Assembly: GCA_050633305.1 (NCBI GenBank)
Contig: JBOEGF010000004.1
Location: 96,001-160,000 of the forward strand
DNA from: Nannocystales bacterium
Lineage (GTDB): Bacteria; Myxococcota_A; Polyangia; Nannocystales; Nannocystaceae
DNA length: 64,000 nt
Reading direction: 5' to 3'
The notes beneath the pieces were generated by a model, which saw only the letters and a program-made list of their open reading frames with translations, did not search any database and was not told where the DNA came from. Position 1 is the first letter of the stretch. The number at the start of each line of letters is the position of its first letter. Both the position numbers and the translations under genes were made by a program. Positions 21,452 through 30,071 of the stretch are shown piece after piece.

Positions 21452-21462
21452 GCGGCACGGGT

Positions 21463-24078
21463 TCAGCCGTCGGCGTCGGTGCCCGACTTGAAGTACATCG
21501 CCGCAGTTCGTTCTTTCTCGCCGGCCATGTACGTGACCGACTTGCTGCGGATGCCCGGGGGCCGCTCGGCAGGGACGGTCCCATGCGGGATGTCTTTGAC
21601 GACGGACTCCATGTAGTCGGCCCACAGCGGGGTGACGGTCGTGTAGCTGGCCTCTTCGTCGCCCATCGAGCGCTCGTAGTGGTCATCGCCCATCCATGCC
21701 GCCGTGACGTACCGGGAGGTGAAGCCGACGAACCAGGTGTCGGTCGTATAGGCGTGCTTCGATGCGGTGCCGCTCTTGCCGCCCGAAGGCACGCCGATGC
21801 GTTGCGCCCGTCGGCCGATCCCGCTGGTCACGACGTCGCGCAGCATCTGGGCGATCAAGAACGCGGTCCTCCGGTCGATGGTCTGGGTCGGGGGTTGGGT
21901 GCCGAGCCTCGCCATGGCATCGAGACGGCCGCGGAGGTCCATCGCGCCGTCGTGGGGGTGTCGGGCGTCGAGGATGACGGCACCGCGTTTGTCGGTCACG
22001 CGGCGTACGTAGACGGGGTCCCAACTCAGTCCCTGGCGTGCGTAGATGCCGAACGCGCGGCTCATCTCGTCCATCTTCACGCAGCTGGCTCCCAAGGACA
22101 GGGCTTTGTCCGCGATGAACTCGGTGGTGAAGCCCAGGCGTCGGGCCCATCGCACGACGTTGTCGGCCCCAAGACGGATGAACAGCCGGATCGAGGGGAG
22201 GTTGAGGGAGTGGATGAAGGCGTTGCGCAACAGCACCTTGCCCTCGATCGTTCCGTGGATGTTCTGCGGGTTCCACTCCTCGCCCTCGTCGGGTTCGTAG
22301 GCGTGGTCCTCGAGCACCGAGCCCATCGTGTACTTCTCGGTGTCGAGCGCGTAGGCGTAGTAGATGGCCTTGAAGACGCTGCCGGGCTGCCGACAACCTT
22401 GGGTGGGGCGGTTGAACTGGCTGCGGTCGTAGTCGACCCCGCCTTGGACCGCCTCGGCGTAGCCCGTCTCGTGATCGGCGGTGTACAGCGCCGCCTCGTT
22501 GCGTGGCGTCTGTCCGAGCTCAACCTCGATGCGTTTCTCGGTATTTCCGCCCGCCGGTCGCTCTTGAAATCGTTCGGGAGCTCGACGCACCCAGATGACA
22601 TCGCCCTCCTGGAGAGCCTTGCGCACGTCATCGATGGTGCGTCCGTTGACGCCCGAGTTCCGGTCGTACTTCGCCGCCCAACTCATCGAACGCAGCGGCA
22701 GGAAGGCTTCGATGCTGCCCACGCGGACCTGAGCAAAGCGCCGGTCGAGCTGGGTCACGACGCCGAGACGGAAGTAGGTGTCGTCGTCGAGCGCTGTGGG
22801 GCCGTACTCGGCGGTTGCCCGCTCGACGAATGTGGGGATGTCGGCGGGCTTCAAGCTGGCGACGGGTCCCCGGAAGCCCTGTTTCCGATCGAGTTTCCGG
22901 ACCGCCCGGTCCACGGCGGCCTCCGCGTCCGCTTGAACGGTCGGCACCAGCGCGGTCTCGATCTGCAGCCCCTCGGTGAGGACGGCTTGCTCACCCAGTG
23001 AGGTCTGCGTCCATTGCCGAACATGCTCAGTGTAGTGGGGCGCGCGGGCACGGAAAACGTCCGGCTTGCTCACCAACGTGATGGGCTCGTCGTTCGCGGC
23101 GTCGCGTTGCGCCTCGTCGATGTAGCCGGCCTCGACCATGTCTTGCAGGACGACCGCGCGTCGTTTGGTGGCGCGCTGCGGGTTGGATACCGGGCTGTAG
23201 CGGCTGGGCGCGCGGGCGAGCCCTGCGATGAGCGCACACTCGGCGAGCGTGAGGTCTTCGAGCTCCTTGCCAAAGTATCGGCTCGCTGCGGACGCGACCC
23301 CGTAGGATCCATGACCGAGGAAAATCTTGTTGAGGTAGATCTCGAGGATGTCCTCTTTGGACAGGGTTGACTCGACCCGGACTGAAAGAATCGCTTCGCG
23401 GAACTTCCGGGTCAGCGTCTGGTCGTCGTTGAGGAAACCCTTGGCCACCTGCTGGGTGATCGTGCTTCCGCCCTGCGAAATCGTGCCCGCGCGGTAGTTG
23501 GCCAGTGCAGCGCGGGCCAAGCCGCGGTGGTCCAGGCCGCCATGTTCGAAGAAACGACGGTCCTCGGCGGCCAGCACCGCGTGCACCAAGTCCTCGGGGA
23601 CCTCGTCGTAGCGAGCGTACGCTCGGTGTTCCCGGGCCAGCTCGGCGAGCATGGCTCCGCCGCGGGCGTAGATCCGCGTGACGCCAGGCGCCCGGTCGCT
23701 GTAGTCGGTAATGGTCTGAATCGGCGGGAGCCCGGAGGCGAAGTGCCGATAGATGGCGACCCCAAGCCCCGCCGCGATCAGCAGGACGACGAAGCCGAAA
23801 TACGCGGCGAACCGAAGCAGGTAGCGGAACAGCCCCGCCTGGGACCGGTTCACGACCCAAAGCCGGACCGCTTGGCCCTCCGCAGGCGGGCGCCAGGCCA
23901 GGTCGAGATCACCTTCCGGCTGCTGACCCGGGTCGGAGCCGCGCTCCCCCGACGCACCAAGCCCGAGGCCGTCGTCGGACTCGGGCTTGTTCGGCGTTTT
24001 AGGCCTGGAGCCGGAGGCGTCTTCTGCAGACGCCTTCGACTTACCCCGCTTCGGGGTCGGGTTGCTCGGCGCTGCCAT
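21463..24078 (-). CDS. mrcA: Class A penicillin-binding protein (PBP1A family)
   Basis: Transglycosylase motifs EDRRFFEHGG, GGSTITQQ and RKFRE. Transpeptidase motifs QPGSVFK, SLN and GKSGT. Confidence 0.93.
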   Translation of the reverse strand: MAAPSNPTPKRGKSKASAEDASGSRPKTPNKPESDDGLGLGASGERGSDPGQQPEGDLDLAWRPPAEGQAVRLWVVNRSQAGLFRYLLRFAAYFGFVVLLIAAGLGVAIYRHFASGLPPIQTITDYSDRAPGVTRIYARGGAMLAELAREHRAYARYDEVPEDLVHAVLAAEDRRFFEHGGLDHRGLARAALANYRAGTISQGGSTITQQVAKGFLNDDQTLTRKFREAILSVRVESTLSKEDILEIYLNKIFLGHGSYGVASAASRYFGKELEDLTLAECALIAGLARAPSRYSPVSNPQRATKRRAVVLQDMVEAGYIDEAQRDAANDEPITLVSKPDVFRARAPHYTEHVRQWTQTSLGEQAVLTEGLQIETALVPTVQADAEAAVDRAVRKLDRKQGFRGPVASLKPADIPTFVERATAEYGPTALDDDTYFRLGVVTQLDRRFAQVRVGSIEAFLPLRSMSWAAKYDRNSGVNGRTIDDVRKALQEGDVIWVRRAPERFQERPAGGNTEKRIEVELGQTPRNEAALYTADHETGYAEAVQGGVDYDRSQFNRPTQGCRQPGSVFKAIYYAYALDTEKYTMGSVLEDHAYEPDEGEEWNPQNIHGTIEGKVLLRNAFIHSLNLPSIRLFIRLGADNVVRWARRLGFTTEFIADKALSLGASCVKMDEMSRAFGIYARQGLSWDPVYVRRVTDKRGAVILDARHPHDGAMDLRGRLDAMARLGTQPPTQTIDRRTAFLIAQMLRDVVTSGIGRRAQRIGVPSGGKSGTASKHAYTTDTWFVGFTSRYVTAAWMGDDHYERSMGDEEASYTTVTPLWADYMESVVKDIPHGTVPAERPPGIRSKSVTYMAGEKERTAAMYFKSGTDADG

Positions 24079-25309
24079 CCACGTTGGGGTTGTCGGCGAA
24101 GTTCTCGAGCGCCTTGATCGCAGCCTTCTCGGCCTTGTTCATGGACTCGAGGTGGTCCTTCGCGCGCTTGAGCAGTGCGTTGCGCATGATCATTGCGTTG
24201 CGGTTGGGCTCCATGCCGACCGCGTAGTCGTAGATGGCTCCGCCAGCGCGCAGCAAGGTGACCTGCCCGGGCGCGGCGCCCTTGGGGAAGACCTTGGTCT
24301 CGCTGCCGAGGCTCTCGAGGACGGTGTAGCCGAGGGCTTCAGCGGCCTTGCCTTCGGGGCAGGGTTTTGCGGTCTGCAGGGTGGGCTCTCCCTCACCAGC
24401 GGCACAGACAGCCCCGACCGCGGCGACAAGGACCGCGCCCTTGTCCGTGAACTTGACCGCGAACTGGCTCGGTCCGCCGCCGGACTTGAGCGCTTTTTCC
24501 TGCGAGGAGAGGAACGCCGAGAGGTACCCGAGGTCTTTTTGGAGGCGGGTGGCCTCGTCGTAGAGCTCGAAGGTACGGCGGACGCCGTTGGAGTGGATCG
24601 CGGCGAGCTGCCAGCCGAAGAGCTGGTCGACGTTCACCTTCTTGGCGAAGCTCTCCTTGACCATCGTGTCGATCTCGGAGGCTGCGCCAGCGGGATCGGT
24701 GGCCATCTTCTCTTCCCACGTACCCATGGCCTTCGAGACATCGATGCGGGCATCGGAGATCTGTTGGACCGCGGCCGCCATCTCGGCACCCTTCGCGGAG
24801 GCTGCCTCGTTGGTCTCGGACTTGCGCGTGATCTTGGAGACGAAGAAGCCGCCGATCGCGCCCAGGCCGATACCGAGGATTCCGACGAAGATCGCCAGGC
24901 CCGCGTTGCCCTTGGACGGCATCTCGCCGCCACCGGCATCGATGAGGCCGTCACTGGGGTCGAAGCCACCGCCGCCGCCGCCGCCGAACGGATCGTCGCT
25001 GACGGGTGCGGCCGGAGCAGGTGCGGCCTGCGCGACCGGTGCTGCTGCGTAGTCGGACTGCGCGGGCGCTGCTGCGGGCGCTGCGTAGTCCGCTGCCGCT
25101 GGCTGCTGCGCTTGCGGGGCAGTGGCGGGCTCGGGTGCCGGAGCGGGCGCGGCCGGGGCGGCTTCCACCGGCGCGGCTGCGACAGGCTCGGGTGCCGGAG
25201 CGGGCGCGGCTTCTGGAGCCGGCGCGGGCTCGGCCGCCTTCTTGTTCTTCTTTGCGAGGCGCGCTTTGAGGGCGGCCAGGTCGGTTCCGGGTTTCTTCGG
25301 TTTGCTCAA
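24041..25309 (-). CDS. Uncharacterised bitopic membrane protein with Ala/Pro-rich N-terminus
   Basis: TTG start at 25309 after GAGGGA, then DLAALKARL, an A/P-rich linker and a TM helix (AIFVGILGIGLGAIGGFFV). Overlaps the PBP1A start. Confidence 0.8.
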   Translation of the reverse strand: MSKPKKPGTDLAALKARLAKKNKKAAEPAPAPEAAPAPAPEPVAAAPVEAAPAAPAPAPEPATAPQAQQPAAADYAAPAAAPAQSDYAAAPVAQAAPAPAAPVSDDPFGGGGGGGFDPSDGLIDAGGGEMPSKGNAGLAIFVGILGIGLGAIGGFFVSKITRKSETNEAASAKGAEMAAAVQQISDARIDVSKAMGTWEEKMATDPAGAASEIDTMVKESFAKKVNVDQLFGWQLAAIHSNGVRRTFELYDEATRLQKDLGYLSAFLSSQEKALKSGGGPSQFAVKFTDKGAVLVAAVGAVCAAGEGEPTLQTAKPCPEGKAAEALGYTVLESLGSETKVFPKGAAPGQVTLLRAGGAIYDYAVGMEPNRNAMIMRNALLKRAKDHLESMNKAEKAAIKALENFADNPNVDGSAEQPDPEAG

Positions 25310-25593
25310 GGCTCGTCCCTCGATCGTTTGCCAAGCGGTTCGTGGGTCGGACCTTGGTAGGCCTTCCCAGCGCCGAACCATAGTGACAGGGCAAGAGGTG
25401 TGTCAACGCCGCGGCTCGCGCTTTCGCGCGGAGCTGGGGGCGAAGTGGGCAAGGTCGCCAGGGTGACTCGTTTCAAGGGCCATTGAAGTTCCCACGCGCC
25501 TGCGCCTGTGTGCAGGCCGTCAGGCGGGGTTGCCGGGGCGGCCCGGTGCGTCACACCCTCACGGGGGCGACGCTTTGTCGTCTCGAAGCTGCC

Positions 25594-26985
25594 ATGTCTT
25601 CCGCACCCGACCGCCGAGATCGTTCGTCCTCTCCTCCCGTGGTGGGCGTATTCGGCGGGAGTTTCGACCCGCCGCACCTGGGGCACGCGCTGTTGGTGGC
25701 GTTGTTGCGGGCGCAAGGTGAACTCGATCGACTCATCGTGGCGCCGGTGTACGACCACCCGCTCGCCAAGGGAACCAAGACGCCCTTCGCAAAGCGGCTG
25801 GCGTGGACACGCGCCGCGATGCAGATGTACGGCGACTTCGTGGAGGTGACCGACCTCGAGCGAACGTTGGCCGAGGCCGACCCCGAGCGCCCCAGCTACT
25901 CGCTCCGGCTGCTCGATGCCGTCGCCGCCCAGCACCCCGGGTCGGAGGTCCGCTTGGTGATCGGGTCGGACATCGTGTGTCGCGGGGAGACGCAACGCTG
26001 GCATCGATGGGAGGACATCGAGTCTCGCTACTCGCCACTGGTCGTCCCGCGGACCGGCTACGCGGAGTCGGCCGACTGCGTCCTCCCCGAGGTTTCGAGT
26101 TCTGACGTTCGAGACGCAGTCTCCCGCGGTGACTGGGACGCGGTGGGGCGCCGGGTCCCTCGCGCAGTGGCCGAGCTGTTGCGGACGCCGGACCAGGGGG
26201 ACCTGTGGGTCATCGGGAACGGACACGTCGCCCGCCACGCGGAGCCGTGGCTGGTCGAGCGTGGCTACCGCGTGCAGCGGGTGTCGGGCCGGGCGGTCAC
26301 TGCGGGCAAGGTGACGTGGCCGGCCCAGACCCCGGTCGCGGTCTGGATCCTCACCTCCGACAACGCGATCGAGCCGGTCGCCCAGGCGTTGGCCGACGCC
26401 GCGGTGTTGCCCGCGGGGGTGCCGGTGTTCCATGGTGCCGGCGCGCGCTCCTCAGCGGCGCTGCTCGGTCCGCTTCGGCCTCGCCATCCGGTGGGCAGCT
26501 TGCACCCGATCTGCGCCCTGCGTCGGGAACGGAGCTGGCCCAGCCTGCTCGGGCAAGCGAGCTTCGGTCTGGAAGGGGACCCGCACGCGGAGTCGTTTCT
26601 CGAGGCCCTCGTCGCGCCGCAGTCGTTCCTTCGGTTGGGGTCACTCGATGCTCGGGCGCGGCTGGCCTACCACGCGGCGTGCGCCCTCGCGGCCAACCAT
26701 CTCAGCGTGCTCGAGGCCCAGGCCACCGCTGTCCTCCGTGGCCAGGGGCACGCGGAGGAGGCTGCGGAGGCGGCGGTCCGAACGCTGATGTTGAGTGCCT
26801 TGTCGAACCTGCACGCGCTGGGCATCCCGCGCGGAATCACGGGCCCGATGTCGCGGGGAGATGTCGGGGCCATACAGGCCCATCTCGCGGCGCTCGATGA
26901 CCCGACCCGGAGCTTGTACGCGCGCTTAAGCGACGACCTTGGGGCGATCATTCGCGCTGCAACGCCGGCCGAATCCGAGTTGTGA
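25594..26985 (+). CDS. Fusion: nicotinate-nucleotide adenylyltransferase (NadD-like) + Rossmann-like/DUF2520 (PanG-like) domain
   Basis: N-terminal GVFGGSFDPPHLGH...VIGSD...VSSSDVR. C-terminal IGNGHVA, SLHP, EGD, YHAACALAANH and TGPMSRGD...HL. Confidence 0.85.
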   Translation: MSSAPDRRDRSSSPPVVGVFGGSFDPPHLGHALLVALLRAQGELDRLIVAPVYDHPLAKGTKTPFAKRLAWTRAAMQMYGDFVEVTDLERTLAEADPERPSYSLRLLDAVAAQHPGSEVRLVIGSDIVCRGETQRWHRWEDIESRYSPLVVPRTGYAESADCVLPEVSSSDVRDAVSRGDWDAVGRRVPRAVAELLRTPDQGDLWVIGNGHVARHAEPWLVERGYRVQRVSGRAVTAGKVTWPAQTPVAVWILTSDNAIEPVAQALADAAVLPAGVPVFHGAGARSSAALLGPLRPRHPVGSLHPICALRRERSWPSLLGQASFGLEGDPHAESFLEALVAPQSFLRLGSLDARARLAYHAACALAANHLSVLEAQATAVLRGQGHAEEAAEAAVRTLMLSALSNLHALGIPRGITGPMSRGDVGAIQAHLAALDDPTRSLYARLSDDLGAIIRAATPAESEL

Positions 26986-26998
26986 CCGGTCAATCCTG

Positions 26999-29353
26999 CT
27001 AGCAGAGTTCGAAGCGTCCCCGGGAACGGGTGACGGTGATCTCCGTGCCCGCGCGCAGCCGACCTCGAAGGACGGCATCCGCCAGCAAGGACTCGACCTC
27101 GCGGACCAGCAGGTGCCGCAGAGGGCGGGCACCGAGGGCGGGGTCTCGTCCCGCGATCTCGACGAGCGCGTCCGTGGCCTTGTCGTCGAGGGTGTAGCGG
27201 ATCCCGCGCTCCTTGAAGAGGCGGTCGCTCGAGGCTCGTGCGAGCCGGGTGCAGATCCGTGCGAGGTCGTGAGACGCCAGCGGGTGCATCACCAGCGGGG
27301 CTTCGATGCGGTTCCACAGCTCGACGGGGAAGGCCGCGCGGGCCGAAGCCAAGGCCGCCGCCTCGTCCATCCGGGGCCCGTGCGGCGTCTGTGCGACATG
27401 CCCCGAGCCGAGGTTGCTGGTCATCACCAACACGGCGTGCCGAAAGTCGACCGTGCGTCCTCGGCCATCCGTCAGCCGGCCCTCATCGAACACCTGCAGC
27501 AGGAGCTGGTGGACGTCTCGGTGGGCCTTCTCGATCTCATCGAGCAAGACGACGCAGTGCGGGCGGCGAAGCAGGGGATCGGTGAGCGCTCCGCCTTGCT
27601 CGTGTCCGACGTATCCCGGAGGCGCACCGACCACCCGTGCCACCGAATGGCTCTCGGAGTACTCCGACATGTCGAGGCGGAACAGGGCGGCGTCATCGTC
27701 GAACAGGGCGCCGGCCAGGGCCTTGGCGAGTTCGGTCTTGCCCACACCGCTGGGGCCGAGCAACAGCGTGGTGAGGACCGGTCGTTGCCCGCCGAACCCG
27801 GCGCGGTTGCGACGCACGAGTTGCGCGAGCGTTGCCGTCGCGTCCGCGTGTCCGATGACCTGGTCGCTGAGCCGCTGGTCCAGGTCGAGAACATCGTGGT
27901 CTCCGCGTGCTTCGATGCGAGCGGGAGACAAGCCGCTCCGCTCGGAGACGATCTGCAAGACGTGGTCGCGCCGAACGGTCGCGTGGGGGCTTCGACGTGC
28001 GCGCGCACAGGCGAGATCGAGGAGGTCGAGCGCGCGGGCGGGCATCGCCAGGCCGGTGAGGTATCGCTCCGCCCAACGGGTCACCTCTGCCAAGCGGAGG
28101 TCGGGGCCCAGCGGAATCGAGTGCTGTTGCAGCACGTTGCGGCTCGCCGACTTTACCGCGGCACTGAGTGGAGCCCCGCGGAGCGGCTCGATGGTGATCG
28201 CGTCCGCGGTCTGCAGTGCGCCGGGCAACCAGTTCGCGAGCCGGCCGTGCCCCTCGGAAGAGACGATCGTCAGGACTCGGGGCGTCGCCTGGGTCCAGGC
28301 ATGGCTGAGCGCACCCAAGAAGGCGGGCGCGACCTCCGAGGGCACCCGGTCGAGGTCGTCGAACACAACGATGCCGCCGCGCTCTGCGACGGCCTCCAGG
28401 TCCTCGGCGAGCGCGCTTTCGCTGTCATAGGCGGAGGCGAGCAGACGATAGACCGGCGCCTCGAAGTGTGTGGCGAGGTGCTGCGCCAGGAGGCTGCGGC
28501 CGCTGCCCGGCGGTCCCACGAGCAACGGGACTCGGACGCCTCGGCGGCCCAGCGCATCGCACAGTTGGTCGAGTTCGCGGGGGCGCCCCTCGAGCGGGGG
28601 GAGCTGCTCGGGATCGACCCGGCGCTCTTCCAGGTCCAGGTGAGGCGGCGGCGCTTCAGGAGCGTCTTGGGGGGCCAGCGTCGTTTCCACCTCGACGGCG
28701 GGGGTGGGGGCTGACTCCGCAGCGCGAGTCGACGCGCGAATCCCGGCCCGAATGATCGGGCGACGGGCGGGCGCGTTTTCGGCGGGCGGGCGCCGCGAGT
28801 TCACCGCCGGAGCCGCAGGGGCGGGCGCCGCGGCGGGTGCGTCGTCGGGCCCACGCGGCGTTCGCCGGGGGCGCGTACGCACGTGAGGCGAGGAGGGGCG
28901 CCGGTCCCGGGCCATGCGAGCGCCTCCGGGCCGACCCGACTCGGCGTGCCCGCGCGGGGGCGTGACCGTTCGCTCCGCGTTTCGCAGCAACAAGATGACT
29001 TCGCGGCGCAGGGCCGAGCACTGCAGCCCGACCTGTTCGAGGAGCTGGTACGCGTGGCACTCCGCGGTCCTGCATATCGCGAGTAGCTGTTCCAGGTCAC
29101 CGGGGCCGCCGCCGCGCGCTTCGAGTCGATGCCTCCAGTCCGCCGATTCGGGACCGAGCACCGCGTCGAGGTCGCGCCGCGCGGCGAGCAACTGGCCGGG
29201 GCTGACGCCGAAGCGCCCCAGCAGCTCGCCGACCGGATCCCGAGTGCCGAGATCCTGAAGGAGATCACACGAACTCTCCGGCCCGAGCTGGGCCGGTCCC
29301 CGCATCCGCGCGCTGGTTCGCAGAGGCGTATCGAGCTCTTGCAAACGTGCCAT
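26999..29353 (-). CDS. Clp/Hsp100-family ATPase with degenerate first AAA+ module
   Basis: D2 motifs GPSGVGKTELAK, RLDMSEY, GAPPGYVG, LLDEIEKAH, GRLTDGRG and GARPL. D1 reads GPPGSGRS / VFDDLD. Confidence 0.88.
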   Translation of the reverse strand: MARLQELDTPLRTSARMRGPAQLGPESSCDLLQDLGTRDPVGELLGRFGVSPGQLLAARRDLDAVLGPESADWRHRLEARGGGPGDLEQLLAICRTAECHAYQLLEQVGLQCSALRREVILLLRNAERTVTPPRGHAESGRPGGARMARDRRPSSPHVRTRPRRTPRGPDDAPAAAPAPAAPAVNSRRPPAENAPARRPIIRAGIRASTRAAESAPTPAVEVETTLAPQDAPEAPPPHLDLEERRVDPEQLPPLEGRPRELDQLCDALGRRGVRVPLLVGPPGSGRSLLAQHLATHFEAPVYRLLASAYDSESALAEDLEAVAERGGIVVFDDLDRVPSEVAPAFLGALSHAWTQATPRVLTIVSSEGHGRLANWLPGALQTADAITIEPLRGAPLSAAVKSASRNVLQQHSIPLGPDLRLAEVTRWAERYLTGLAMPARALDLLDLACARARRSPHATVRRDHVLQIVSERSGLSPARIEARGDHDVLDLDQRLSDQVIGHADATATLAQLVRRNRAGFGGQRPVLTTLLLGPSGVGKTELAKALAGALFDDDAALFRLDMSEYSESHSVARVVGAPPGYVGHEQGGALTDPLLRRPHCVVLLDEIEKAHRDVHQLLLQVFDEGRLTDGRGRTVDFRHAVLVMTSNLGSGHVAQTPHGPRMDEAAALASARAAFPVELWNRIEAPLVMHPLASHDLARICTRLARASSDRLFKERGIRYTLDDKATDALVEIAGRDPALGARPLRHLLVREVESLLADAVLRGRLRAGTEITVTRSRGRFELC

Positions 29354-29495
29354 CGTGCACGAACGTACAGCCGCAACGGTCTTGCCCCCAAAAAGCCGCG
29401 AACTCGGGCCGTCCTCGCGGGCGGAGTCGTGCCGTCGGGCGCTCGGGGCAGGGCCACTCAAGGTCCCGCGTGGCCCGTCGATGACCCGAAGTGCC

Positions 29496-30071
29496 ATGCA
29501 GTGGGTCAGGTCCAGGAAGTTCGCAGTTTGTTTGCGCCCTCGTCGTCGCAACGGCTGGCTGTTCGCTGCCGTCCTGGCGATGAGCGCTGCCGCGAGCCCA
29601 GCGTCGGCGACCCCGCAGGACTCGATGCTCGAGCTGCAGATCGAACTCGCAGAGCTGGTCGAGCAGGATGACGCTCAGAGCGTTTCCGCGCTTCGGGACC
29701 GGGTGGGGGAAGGACTGCCACCCGCCGCACTCACCGCGATGCTCGATGCGTGCCTCGAGCATCCCCGTTCGGACCTGGAACCGCTGCTGCGCGACCTCGC
29801 AGCGCACCGGACCGCGGCGATTCGAGCTCGGTCGCTCCTGGCGTGGGCGGGTCTGGGACCGGGCGAATCGGTCGACGCAATCGAGGCCGCCGCCGACGAC
29901 CGCGATGGCGGGGTGCGCCGACTGGCGGTTGTGCTCGCCACGCTGCACCCGAGCGAGCGGGCCGATGCCTTGGTGGCCCAGCTGCTCGAGCAGGATCCCG
30001 AGTTGGCCGAGGAAGTGGGCGGACAGGACCTGTCCGCACCAGAACAGATCGAGGACGGAGAAGGATCGTGA
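29496..30071 (+). CDS. Exported HEAT-repeat-like protein
   Basis: Signal-like WLFAAVLAMSAAASPASA and repeats IRARSLLAW / DDRDGGVRRLA. The start is uncertain. Confidence 0.65.
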   Translation: MQWVRSRKFAVCLRPRRRNGWLFAAVLAMSAAASPASATPQDSMLELQIELAELVEQDDAQSVSALRDRVGEGLPPAALTAMLDACLEHPRSDLEPLLRDLAAHRTAAIRARSLLAWAGLGPGESVDAIEAAADDRDGGVRRLAVVLATLHPSERADALVAQLLEQDPELAEEVGGQDLSAPEQIEDGEGS

